The notes beneath the pieces were generated by a model. It had not been told where the DNA came from. It saw nothing but the letters and a program-made list of their open reading frames with translations, and made no database searches. Positions 1-19,462 of a stretch of 64,000 nucleotides of DNA are shown here, piece after piece (position 1 is the first letter of the stretch; every line of letters begins with the position of its first letter). The DNA comes from the human T2T-CHM13v2.0 reference genome, Homo sapiens: assembly GCF_009914755.1 (NCBI RefSeq), contig NC_060925.1. One strand, written 5' to 3'. The translations under genes and the position numbers were made by a program.

Positions 1-2070
1 TTAATTTTAGACCAAAAAAAAAAAAATTGCATAATTTTTCAAGGAAAGAGGAAAGTTCATAGTTTTAAAAGACTACATATATAAGGAAAAACAGCACCCT
101 AAGCAAGAATCAACAGAAATAACAGGAAGAACTGACTCACTAACAGAGGCAAAATAAATACATGTACTCTATTTAAAGAATAAAACACAGCTAAAATGTT
201 CAGGCAACTATTTAAAATTTTAGATGAAGTATACAAAAGACCTCTTTGAACTTTTTTTGCTATCTAAAAATAAAGTTTTTAAAAGGGGGAGGAGCTGGCT
301 GATTTAAAATATTTAAATTATAATGGATGGGTTTTAATGGCAGTTTAGACATAAAGAGAGTATTTGTGAACTGAGATTGTTCAGAGAAAAGTGTCTCCCT
401 GTTTTGCATTTTCAATGTAAAAAAAGGGGGGGAATACAAACATTAAGAGAAATGGAGAATGGATTGAGGGGAGTCTAACATACATCTAACTGGAATTCCA
501 GAAGAAGGACCAACAAAGAATGCAACACATGGAATATGTGAGGAGATTACTGATTGAAAGACACAATCACAACGCACATTTTTAAAGACATCTTTGTTAT
601 TCTTTACACAGTTTCTTTAGGTATACTTCTGTGTATAAATTACGTATCTTGTGACTCTTAAAAGACTTTTAAGACTCTTAAAATACAAAGGCCAGGCATG
701 GTGGCTCACCCCGTAATCCGCAACAATTTCGGAGGCTGAAGTGGGAGGATCGCTTGCGGCCTGAAGTGCAACACCAGCCAGGGTAATAAAGCGAGACCCT
801 GTCTGGACAAAACATTTTAAAAAATGACTGGGGGTGGTGGCACATGCCTGTGCTTCCAGCTACTTGAGAGGATCACCTTAGTCCAAGAGTTTGAGGCTGC
901 AGTGAGCTATGATCACACCACTGCTCTCCAGCCTTGGTGACAGAGTGAGACCTCATCCCCTTAAAAATAAAAAAGTATGTAGTCATTATTTATATGAACT
1001 AAATTTGCCTATTTGCCAAGAAATATTCAAAGGGTAGGGATACCACAGTAAATAAGGTAAAATAAGGTCCTGTTCTTCCTTTCCTTACATTTTAATTAAG
1101 GAGAAAACAAAAATTTGAATAGGGTGATGTGATAGAGAGGACGTTAAGTGGCTAAACATTCTACATTGGATACATGCACAGAAGGGAACTCTTGAAGACG
1201 TGATGACAACGTACAATTATTTCAAAGATAGGAACTAGGCATGCACAGAGAGATAACAGATGAGCTGTAAATAATCAGAGGTAAAGCTGCATTTTTGCAA
1301 AGGAAAATGACCAATTGGTTTTATTCTTTGCAATAATTTTGCCATTTAATAAAATTTTCACATGGGATACTTCTCAACCCATCTGCCCTCTTTGCCAAAT
1401 GGGTAACTTTTATCTGTGAAACTAACGACTCTGAATGTGTTTCTTCCTCAAGTCTTCTCTCCTGATATTCTTCTCTTTCAAGTTAACTCTTAGCCATATG
1501 GAATTATTCTCCTTCTAGCCATAAGCAATGATTCTGCTGGGTAACTGACTCATTGAACCTATGGGCTCTTCAGATAGTTTGATATCCTAATAGGATCAGA
1601 AACTATAATATGAAAATTAATGAGGCTATGTTTCAGCAATACCCAAATGAATTAATTCAAATTTTAAAGAATACTCAAGGGATGAACTATTATGGAACCA
1701 AATACTCAATATCAGTCTCATACAGACTACACAACTCCAAGATAGCAAGGACAGAGCACATTTTTTCATTATTGTATAGCTATCACCTAGCAAGGTACCT
1801 GGTATACGATGAGTACTTGAATATCTACCGAACAAATGAGATCAATGAATACTCATTTGTTGAGTGAAGTTCAATAAACAAACCATTTTGTCTGACAATA
1901 AGTGTACCCCATGAAAAAATTATGCTTGGATAGGAAATCTTTATTTGTTGCCATAGCTCTGAATCTAGCTCCCTAAGAGGACTGACAGTAGATATGTATT
2001 TACTTATCACTTCTACAAAAAATGTATTCAGATTCTTCAACTACTTGGATTGCATCTGAAAGAATTTTTA

Positions 2071-2551
<481 letters not shown>

Positions 2552-2767
2552 CTAGCCTGGAATAGGAATGAGGCATCAATATATTTTTTTTAAATCTCCC
2601 TACTTTTAATATAAATTTAGAATTGTGAATATCTGCTCTCAAGTTTATCCACACAAAATCTTAATTCAAAAGTCCAATTCTAAGAAAAGCTATTCCTTCC
2701 CTTCCTTTTCTTCTTTCCCTTCTCTCTTCCTCTCTCCCTTTTTTTTTTTTTAAATAATGGAGATGGG

Positions 2768-3234
<467 letters not shown>

Positions 3235-3559
3235 TAGAGAAACCTCACTTATATCATTCAAGTAACTACCATCATAAACTATCTTACTCTTTAATAAAAA
3301 TATCTGATACTAGGTTTTAAGTAGCCACTCTCTCTTAAACAGTATCTTCAAAAACAATCTAAAATTACTCTACTCTAACTATACACAAAACTGCAATAGG
3401 GTATAAAAAATATTAAGGTGGAGCCAGGTGTGGTAGCTTATGCCTGTAATCTAAACACTTTGGGGGCCAAGGCAGGAGGATCACTTGAGGCCAGGAGTTC
3501 GAGACCAGCCTGGGCAACACAGTGAGACCCTGTTTCTTAAAAAAAAAAAAAATTAATGT

Positions 3560-6440
<2,881 letters not shown>

Positions 6441-6644
6441 GGAGCCTGGCATGGTGGCTCATGCCTGTCATCCCAACACTTCGGGAGGCAGAGGCGAGAG
6501 GATCACACTTGAGCCCAGGAGTTCGAGACCAGCCCAGGCAACATGGCAAGACCCCATCTCTATAAAAATTACAAAAATTAGCTGTATGTGGTCTCAGCTA
6601 CTTGGGAGGCTGAGGCAGAAGGATTGCCTAAACCCAGAAGGTTG

Positions 6645-9300
6645 AAATGTTTGAGAAGTAGCAAGAAAGCCAGTGTAGCTGTAGCAGAGATGGAGGGATA
6701 GGCAGAGTAGTAGCAGATAAAATGCGTGTATAAGGTCTTTAAAGCCACTATAAAGATTGACTGAAGAGTCACTGCAGGTTTTGAGCAGGGGAGTGATACA
6801 GCCCAACTTAGGATTCACTCTAGCAGTTGTATTAAGAATAAATGGAAGAGAGGTAGTATTAGAAGCATAGAGACTACTGCAGTAATCTAGGCAAGAAATG
6901 ATGGTGGCAGAGACCAGGGTAGAGGCAACAGAGGTAGTACGTGGTAGGAGTTGGTGATATATTTTGAAGGTGAAGCCAAAAGGATTTCCTGATAAGTTTG
7001 GATTTGGGTATGAGAAACAAGTAGAGTCGAGGATGGTGCCAAGATTTTTGGCCTATGCAACTGAAAAAAAAAATGCAACTGCCAAACTGAGATGAGGAAA
7101 GGCTACCAGTGAAAAAAGGTTTGGAGAAAGTGATCAGTAGTTGAGTTTTGGAAGCGTTATGTTTGAAAAAGTAGACATTCAAGTGGGAGATGTCAGAGTC
7201 TGTAGGGCAGACAAATCTGAAAGTTCAGGAATAAACAATGAGCTAGAAATATAAATTTGGAAATCAATAACATATAGATGGTATTTTAAGCCCTAAGACT
7301 ATATGTATAGATAATGGTGTAAACCCTCGTACATCCAACCTAGAAGAACAAACAAAATAAGCAAATGAGATTGAGAAAAAGTAATCAGTAATTAGTAGGA
7401 AGAAAATGAAAACAATGTGTTCTTCTGGTAGCCAAGTACATAAATGTGTTAAAAGGAACATTAAACATGTGAAATACTGCTGATACAATAAGGTATCAAG
7501 ATGAAAACTGAGAAAACACTTCTAAATTTAGTCATGTAGTGGTTATTCATGACCTTGAAAAGAGCAATGTTGGTACAATGCTGACAGTCAAAAGCATGTA
7601 AATTTACACAGAATGGGACAGGAGGAATTAGAGACCATAATTACAAGCAATTCTTTCAAGAAGTTTTTCAGGGACAGCTCTGATGGCAAGGAAAGGAAGT
7701 TAAAGAGAAGGATTCGTGTTTCATTTTTAAAAATGGAAGAAAAACAGCAGCATACTGAAATATAGGAATAATTGTTAGAGACTGAAAAACTGACAGGTTA
7801 GCAGAAAGAAGGGCAAATTTCTGAAACAATGTCATTGGCTACATGAGAGGGGATGGAACTCAGTGTATAAGTAGAGAAATTAGCTTTCTAAAGGAAGAGA
7901 GTTCATCTAAGATAACAGAAATGTAGAAATATGGGTACAGGTGCTTGTTGGAAAAGTAGATGTGGTAGAGGGAGTCTGTAGTTCTCTTTTGATAGCTTCA
8001 ATTTTCTCAGTGAAGTTGGAAGCAAATGCCAGTATTTCAGAGTGAGGATGAAGTATTTGACATTTAAAAGAGGGAAAGGTATGAATATACAATATGACTT
8101 CCAGACAACATTAACGGTCTACTTGAGGGAAGTGGTCAGGAATTGAGAATGTGACCTATTGGTATCATTATGCTAGAATGTGTTTTTCTCCTGTGATATT
8201 CAGCTGGATAAACAAAATATGATAGGAAGGAAGTCGGGTTTAATCAGGACTGTAGTTATGCCAAGTGAATTCAAAAAGTGGGATATGGGAGTCAAGGCTA
8301 AATGCAAGGGAGTGATTAAACTGATTAGCTATGACATTAAATAAGGAAGGAGTTAAATGAGATCACAAAGGGATGAGGTAAAGTGAAAGGGTAGTAGGAT
8401 CAATGGATTAAAATAAAAGTCACTGTGTGGTTGAATAATTGTAGAAGTTTCGTACTAAGCAGAATGAGCTGGAGTAACAGATGTGGCCACAGAGAGGAAT
8501 GCTTAAAATTGAATAGAATTATTACAAATGATAAGATCTAGTATATGACTATGCATATGAGTGGCTACAGCAGTGTAAATGACAAGAACACTGGAAAGGA
8601 GGTCAAAGAACACAAAGACTAGAGTGTCTGAAGGATCAAATCCACATATATTAAAATTGCTAGGACTTAATAGTAGCATTCTACAGTTTACCACTGAGTT
8701 AGGGAAAAAAACCTTTGAGAGATGAAGGGGAATGACCCAAGGGTTTTTAGATGACAGCAGCAATGAGAGGTTATGGGTGATGACATGAAATTAAAATCCG
8801 GATATTTCAGGGAGTAAAGAGAAAGAATGGTCTAAAAAAAACAGTAAAAAGACGTATCTCATACCTCCAGGCCCAGTCATACACGAGATGTGAAAGAAAA
8901 AAAAAGTCACCAGTCACGACAGTTGCAAGAGAAGCAGTGTCCATTATGCCAAATAAAGCAAAGAAAAGGATCAAAAAAGAGGCTGGGGATATGCAGATTC
9001 TGATGACATGCCAACAATTCCAAAGGACAAAGTGGCAGAATCAGGCACATGTAGAGCCTATGGAATTAAAGTGTGACAGATGAGGGGACGTCTGGGAGTG
9101 TGGCACTTGTGGCACTCTCTTGGGTAACAGAAAAATACAGATAAAAAATGTAACAATATTAGTCTAGTAGATACAAGGCTGATAATGATGGAGAGGCTGC
9201 AAATGGTGGTGGTAATGAAGGATGCAGTTTGGGTCTTCCTCTTGTAAAACTGTCAATGGAAAAGAAATTCTAGTTTCAGCGAGTCAACCCTATCTCCACC
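6645..9300 (-). mobile_element. Long L2 LINE remnant including the endonuclease region
   Basis: Purine-rich antisense L2 texture. ORF 8503..8763 FFDLLSS..ATHMHSHILDLII resembles the L2 endonuclease motif TH-GH-LDL. Confidence 0.75.
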
Positions 9301-9579
9301 TCAAACGAGGATTGAAGAGTAAGAGAGTGTGGTCTTAAAGTGACTATTCATTTCAGGAGAAATAAATACATTTCTCCAAAATATATTCTCTCCAAATTTA
9401 TTCCATCTTGCCCCATGCTGCAATCGCTAATGTTTCTCATGAACTACCACATGCCAAACTTGTCAGCATTATTTTTCAAATGACCCAATATAACAAATTT
9501 AATAGACATGGTTCCATTTTTTTCCTGGAGACCTTCTTCACAGGATCCTCAGTTTTCATTCCTCATTCTAAATTATCTT

Positions 9580-11200
<1,621 letters not shown>

Positions 11201-11868
11201 GTTCTCAGGTACAAAATTTCATGCAGTTCTATAGCTGCTTTCCTTTTTCAAAACAACTTCTAAAGCCATAAAGTAAATCGAAGACTTCAATTAAAAAAAA
11301 AATTTAAATAAAGAGAAAAAAATAAAACATGTGGGCTGCAACTGTAATAACAGCCAATAAATAGCTAAACTGTTATTGAGTGCTTACTATGCTAAGCACT
11401 TTATAGGTACAATTCTCAGTGCTTGTAATCCTCACAACAACCTTATAAAGTTGGCAGTATATTTCACTTAAAAGATATACACACAAAACATAGCTCATCT
11501 TTTTCACTATGCAGCAATTATTTTAATTTAAACAAAAATTTTAAAAAGCAGGGAGAGGCAAGAAAAAACAAAACACAGTTTTAGACTGTATAAATGGATG
11601 ATTATGGAATGAAGCTAAATTCAGAGGAAAATTTACATCTTTTTGATTAACTGAGGTTTCACATAAGATTCTAAAAAGAATACAGCAAAATCAAACTAAG
11701 CAAAAAATTAATAAAGATAAAAGAAAACTGTGAGGATCAGAACACTTCTAAAGAATAGAATAAATGAATTAAAAAACTGGGTCACTAAAATGACCAATAA
11801 AGACCACAAACTTATGGCCAATCTAATAAAGAACAGGAAATAAACTCAGCTAGAAAACATCATAAACA

Positions 11869-13055
<1,187 letters not shown>

Positions 13056-13188
13056 ATACAAAGAGGTGAACTCGTTTTAAGGTTAAATGGCTCTCCTAAT
13101 AAATACAGGTCTAAGAAACCGCATGTACAAAGTTGGAGGGTTAGGTAGAGGGTTCTTGCTACTAGAGTGTAAGTGGAAGATAAGAGAT

Positions 13189-16100
13189 TGTTTAGTAAAA
13201 AAGTTAACTTTGCCCAAAGAGAGATCTAGCCTTTGCCTTCAGTCCCTGGCAGGTAATCTCTAACCCCCTGAAATGTCCTGCCTGATGAAATTATCTTTGT
13301 TTGCCTGGGGACTTGAGCCAAGCTAGATAGTCTGTGTCAACAATCTGATTTACAGTGGGAGCTCTGGGTCACACAGTCTCATATCAACCTCAGGAGGAGC
13401 TGTCCTGGAGACTGAGGTCTACCATGTGGCTGGTGAACCACATCTATGTGACAGAGACTGACCCAATAAAAATTCTGGACACCAAGGTTTAGGTGAGATT
13501 CCATGGCTGGCAATATTTTGTGCACACTGTCACACATCACTATCAGGAGGTGTTTATGATGTCCATGGCTCCACTGGGAGAAGACAACTGGAAACTTCAC
13601 ATTTGGAACTCTCCTGGACTCTGCCCTGTGCATCTTTCCCTTGGATGATTTTAATCTGTATCCTTTCACTGTAATAAACATAACTGTGAGTATAACAGCT
13701 TGCAGTGAGTTCTGTAAATTCTAGCAAATTATCAAACCTGAGTGTAGTTTTAGGGAATCTTGATCTTACAAGTGGTGTCAGAAGTGAAAGGAGTCTCGTG
13801 GATTACTCTCTAATTTTATAGTTAGCATCAGAAGTGGGATCAATTGAATGACCCTGGCTTACTAAAACAGGTGGTTTGCGAAGAGGGAGGATGAGAAGGT
13901 GGGAATTGATAAACCTTTAATTCTTGGATGGGTACCCAGTCATGGTATGGTTGTATAACTGCAGCTGCAGTTACTAGAGGTAAAAATTACCAATGGAATT
14001 TAGAAATGGTAGACCCAATTCCAGAGGAGTTGAACCACCAGATAAACAAGGAAATGCAAACTAATAAGAAAAAAAGTAGGCCAGGCATGGTGGCTCATGC
14101 CTATATACCAAGTACTTTGAGAGGTCCTGGAGGAAGGACTGCTTGAGCCCAGGAGTTCAAGACCAGCCTGGGCAACATAGGAAGTCTTCATCTCTACAAA
14201 AAAATAAAAATAAAAAATTAGCCAGATGTGGTGGCACATGCTTGTAGTCCCAACTACTCAGGTGTCTGAAGTGAGAGAACTGCTTGAGCCCAGGAATTCA
14301 AGCCTTCAGTGAGCCACTGCACTCGAAGCCTGGGCAATAGCACAAGACTCCTCTAAAAAAAAAAAAAAAAAAAGTTAATGAAACAATTCCTTTGTTACTG
14401 CTACCTGTACTAGCTAAAATGAAAATACAAGAGAATGTTAGGACAGATCTTGACACTGGGCCAAGCTCAGACTTCAGCCAGTCTGGGCTGCAGTCACTAG
14501 TCTCAGGGTCACTCCAAAAGGAAAAATTATGCTGGAACATTAGATAGCATGTCTGTGACTTCCAGTTACAAGGAGGTAGTCTAGGTATGAGAAAGACAAA
14601 ACCAAGAAACTACTGAAACCAGGGATTATAGTACAAATTGTCTCATTTTGTTGATCAACACTATCAGCTTCTGGAATAAAAACCTTTACTAAAATGGACT
14701 GTGACAGTGATTGACTTAGAGGCACAGGATCTTTGGTTTTTAATGCTGTAGAATGGAAGAGTGTGTCTAGGTTGAAGCGAGACCCACAGCGCACTACTGT
14801 ACAACCAGAGAAGGCTATACATGATCCAGACACACCAGCAGGTTATTCCCAAGGGGACAGCTAGCCCAGTGGACTAGATATAAAAGCCACTGTAAAGTGT
14901 GTTTACCTTGAAAAGGGCAACTATCCTCCTCCTCCTATAAATGCCAAATTGAACTCCCCAGAATAAGCAGCTGATAAGCTTCTTATGCAAGCTACACTGG
15001 ACTGACATGATGATGGGATAGTCAGGAGATGACTATGAGTGACATGACTATGACTCAGTATGCCTTATGGTATATGGTAAATACTGTGATTGAGGGGGCC
15101 CCTTTTGCATGGATACCCCCATGTAACCTTACTGCTGTAAAATCTAGCAATAATCTGAGAAGCCTTATCAGAAGTATTGTCTAAGCTTCCCTTTACAGGT
15201 CTTAACAGATGCTAAGAAAATCAGAGTTAAGTCATAAGAAAACAGGGAAATAGTAGAGTAGAGGTCAAGGAATTTATCCCAGGAAGATGGAAATCTACAG
15301 ATGGTTGTTTTAAAATGGGATGAATAAATTGAACACAGATGGAATTGAAACAAAGGTCTTAATGCAGCATTACCATGGGACTGGATAAACCAATGAGAGC
15401 CCCAGCTAGTTCCCAACATTAAAGGGCCTTAAACTAACTATGCTGTATTTTACCCCAGTTTGGGAAGATTTAAAAAGCCAGGGAACAAAGATGACAATAA
15501 GCAACCTGACCTCAAATTGCCTGGGACAATAGTCTGGCAGATTACTCAAGATGAAGACAGAGAGGTCAACCAGCAACTGGGGAACTAAGGCAATATACAC
15601 GTGTGGGTAAAAATGCCAGGGGTAGATAAGAGACCTTACTAAAACTCCTTGACAGGGAGGCCCAAGGCACCATAATTCTAAATCTTGTTGAAGTCCTAAC
15701 AGGTGTTAAGGTTAAATTGAAAGGTGACAGCTAATGGGATTAAGGTAAACATTTAGATTAAAACTAGAATGTCTCAGCTGCCTTTATGTGAGGTGGTTAC
15801 GTCTTCATTACCTGAATGTACTATTGGGATAGACAGTATGTTTGACTGAAAAGTACACCTGTCTAATATTGAAAACAGAAAGCACGTAAGTTCACCTTGA
15901 GGTCAATGTTGATGAGAAATGCTAATTAGGAACCACCAGAACCACCCAGGCCCTCAGAAGTTGTTAATTTTGGACAGTGTAAGGTACTGCCTGATGAAAT
16001 TACCTGTTGGACAAAAAGAAATTACCATTTTAATGAAGAATTAGACAACGGAGTGCTGGTGCCAATGAATTCTTTGTACAATAATCCTGTGTGGCCTATG

Positions 16101-17604
16101 AAAAAAGCAGATGGCTCATGGAGACTAACAGTGAACTATGAAAGCCTGAAGTAGTTCCGCCATAGCATCAGCAGTTCCTAATATGGTCTCAACAGTACAA
16201 AAAACATATAAAATATATAGCAGGCCAAAGGAAAACAGTACTCAGGGACTAATCTTGTGAATTTCTTTTTTTATTTTACCTCCATCCTCAAAAAGAGCCA
16301 ACCACAATTTGCCTTTAAGTGGGAGAGATCCCAATTTACACTTACTCTATCACCACAGGGTTATTTCCACTCACCAGCTTACTGTCATAATTTGATTAGG
16401 AGAAATTTAGAGTTGATTCGGGTCCCCACATGTAATAATATAGTATACTGATGATGTCATGATACTATCAGAAACTGAAGACCAAGGCAGGACTAATTTA
16501 AACGCAATGGTGATAAAAAGTTTGGGGAATTAGGGGAAAAAAGCAGTGATGACATGTGACCAACAGGAGCTGTATGATAAATCCAGCAAAGGTCTAACGG
16601 CATGCCTAAATGGTGAAAAAATCCTTAGAAATAACCAGAGTAGAAGCATCCTGTGATACTCAACAGAGAAAGAAAAATATACTGCTGTAGCCACCTACCC
16701 CAGCACTAAATAAGAAGCCCAGTGTTTGGTTGGGTATATCCGTGTTTTGAAGGACACATATTCCATATCTGGGAATACTGCTTGCTCCTATCAATAAAAC
16801 TCCCAAAAAGAGGCCTACATTTCAATGAGGCCTGATCAAAGACAGGCTGTATCTGAACTGCAGAAAGTAGTCTCTCTAAATACTTTCCAGCCCTATGATC
16901 CGCCATGATTTTGTCCATGTCCGGCCCTATGGACATTCCGCCATGATTTTGGGAAGTGTCAGCCACACATACTAATGCAGACTACAGCTTATGGGCAAAA
17001 CCCTATGAGTGCCACCCAGCAGCAACCACTAGGATTTTTGGACCAGAAGATGTCCAGATGCCATAGTACAATGTACAACACTGTAGAAAAAAATAGCTAC
17101 TACAGGCATTAACTGAGACTGAATCTATGACTGAAGGACATAAAATAATCCTGAAATTCAAAACAGCCATAATATCTTAGGTGATGTCGGAGAAACACTA
17201 ATAAGGAAGGCAGTGTCCAGAAGAGTTCCCTATAAAATAGAAATAGTTTGCACAGGATTTACAACCAGGAGAATGCAAAGAGGTACTCATTATATTTATA
17301 AGCAGGTAGCTTCTTTTTCCCTAAGGCTGACTTTGAAACTACCTGAGGAGCTGCTGATCCTGTGATCGGATGGGTGCTACACTATAAACTACTTTCTATT
17401 AATCAGTAAAGAGCAGTTTGGTTTATGGACAATTCCAAGGTGAATGGACAGCATCTTGTTTGGAGGGCCACCACTGTGATTACAGAAGGTAAAAAATCAA
17501 CTCAGCGGGCATGTGATTTTCCCCTATGTTTGGGTTTTCACGGAACTCTGCAGTTGGTGTCAGAAGTAATGGTGATCTTGTGGACTGTTTCGTAACTTTG
17601 AACA
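13189..17604 (+). mobile_element. Degenerate ERVL (MER21/MER77-group) provirus: 5' LTR (about 13189-13820), Leu PBS, gag-pro-pol remnant, truncated 3' LTR; interrupted by an AluJ at about 14079-14375
   Basis: MER77-like LTR start and PBS-like TAGCATCAGAAGTGGGAT (13823-13840). Protease-like LLD at about 15645; RT motifs NPVWPMKKADGSWRLTVNY (about 16080), QFAF-W...PQGY-HSP (ORF 16257) and YTDD (16444); RNase H-start VWFMD (about 17415). The LTR tail is repeated at about 17545-17604. Confidence 0.85.
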
Positions 17605-17651
17605 GACAATGAAGAAAGACACTGGTAAAATTCAATAATGTATGTTATACT

Positions 17652-18464
17652 TGCAACTGCCTTTGCAAAATTATAACAGTGAGAGAAATCTAACACAACT
17701 GACTCCACCTTGCTTCTAACCTCACAAGCTGTCTTTGCTCATTCCCATATGTGGGCCAACCTAACTATGGGAGGAATTTATTTTATAGTTTAAAGCAAGC
17801 ATAATAGTTTCTTCCTGAAACTAATACCCTCCTTGTTCAGGGACTGAAACCACCTTTGTAAAGCTAATGAAAGGCTATAAGGTTAGAATTACAGTAGGAG
17901 CCTAAATTCTGCTAAGATTTAGGCATAAACAGCAACCATTGTTCCCTGTCTTGTTTTTTATAATTGCTTATTGCTCAGGAGTCACTAGCAAGTGGTCACA
18001 AGATTTCTAACTTCCCCTATAGATAAGATCACTATTGTGAAATCTAAGACTAGTGTTTGAGATATTTTTCAGACTCTGCATTCTGCTGGACTAACTGCTA
18101 CCACCCAGGCTGGTGATCCATACCAAGAGACTAATTCAACTGGTCCTGTGACCCCTACTCAGGAAGTGACTCAGCATAACTCACTGCACAAAGACAGTTT
18201 TGACACCTCTATGATTTCATCCCTGACCCAAGCAATCAGCAGCACCCATTCCCTAGCCCCTGCCCACCAAACTATCCTTTAAAAACCCTCATCTCCAAAT
18301 TCTCAAGGAGTTGGAATTTGAGAAATATTTCTCAAATATCTCCCATCCTCCTTGCTCAGCCACTCTGCAATTATTAAACTCTTTCTCTGCTACACCTCCT
18401 GCTGTCTCAGTGTATTGACTTTTTCTGGACAGGGAGAAAAGGAGAATCTGTCTGGGTGATAACA
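17652..18464 (+). mobile_element. Solo LTR8-family (ERV1) LTR
   Basis: Starts TGCAACTGCCTTTGCAAAATTAT, ends GATAACA, has an ATTAAA signal and an exact 4-bp TSD TACT on both sides. Confidence 0.9.
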
Positions 18465-19462
18465 TACTGAACACTTAAACTTTGGTTACTGTTAAGTATT
18501 TTTTTAATGGGGGCTCAACTATACGTTAGCAAAATAACCCTGGCAGCAATATAGACAGGATGAATTTAACAGAGTTAAACTCAAAGTAGGGAGAATAGTT
18601 GTAAATGTGTTGTAGTAATGGGAAGCTGGCTTTTAAGTCCAATGACATGGTTTCTGCAACAGTCCATCCAGAGAAAATAAAATGAAAGCATGAACAAAAG
18701 AGAAGAAATGTGTGATATTTTAGTATATATTTGTTCTGGTCTTTGTCCCTATTCCTGGCATACAATTCCTAAAACCCTCAGAATCTCTGAAATAAGTATA
18801 TTTTTGTATGTTAACAAAATGACCAATGGCTGGGGACTCCCAGACCCATCAGGATGGGTGCTGGCTGCCAGGGGAACCAACCAGATAATTAAACAGTTGG
18901 AACTTTCAGCCCTACTTCCTAACCTAGGAAGGGAAGGGCTGAAGGCTGAGATGATCACAAACGATCAACAATTTAATCACGCATCCCTAAATAATGAATC
19001 TCCATAAAAACCTGAAAGAGCAAGGGTTGGAGAGCTTCCAGGTTACTGAACACGTGGAGGATAAGGCATCCACCACAGAGTGTTGTGGAAACTCTGTACC
19101 CCTTCCCACATACTTCACCCTATGCATCTCTTCATCCAGTTGTTCATTTGTATTCTTTAAAATATTGTTGAGCTGGGCATGGTGATATGCACCCGTAATC
19201 TCAGCTACTGGTGAGGCTGTGGCAGGAGGATCATTTGAGCCTAAGAGTTTAAATCCAGCCTGGGCGACATAGCAAGATCTAACCTCTTTTAAAAAATTAA
19301 ATAAAATGTTGTCTAGTGGTACACATCTCTAGTCCCAGGTATGTGGGACACTGAAGTGGAAGAACCACTTGAGCCCAAGAGCTTGAGTCCAGCCTGAGCA
19401 ACAGAGTGAGATCCCGTCTCTTCAAAAAATAAGAAAAATTCTCTCTCTCCATATATATATAC

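Noticed and set aside
13773-13840. Possible tRNA-Leu gene
   Set aside because: Only 14-18 nt complementary to the tRNA 3' end; this is a retroviral PBS, with no cloverleaf.
16257-16451. Active reverse transcriptase gene
   Set aside because: Stops and frameshifts throughout; the catalytic YxDD lies out of frame with the upstream ORF.
13184-17609. TSD for the ERVL provirus (GAGAT vs GACAA)
   Set aside because: Only 3 of 5 bases match, which is not convincing.
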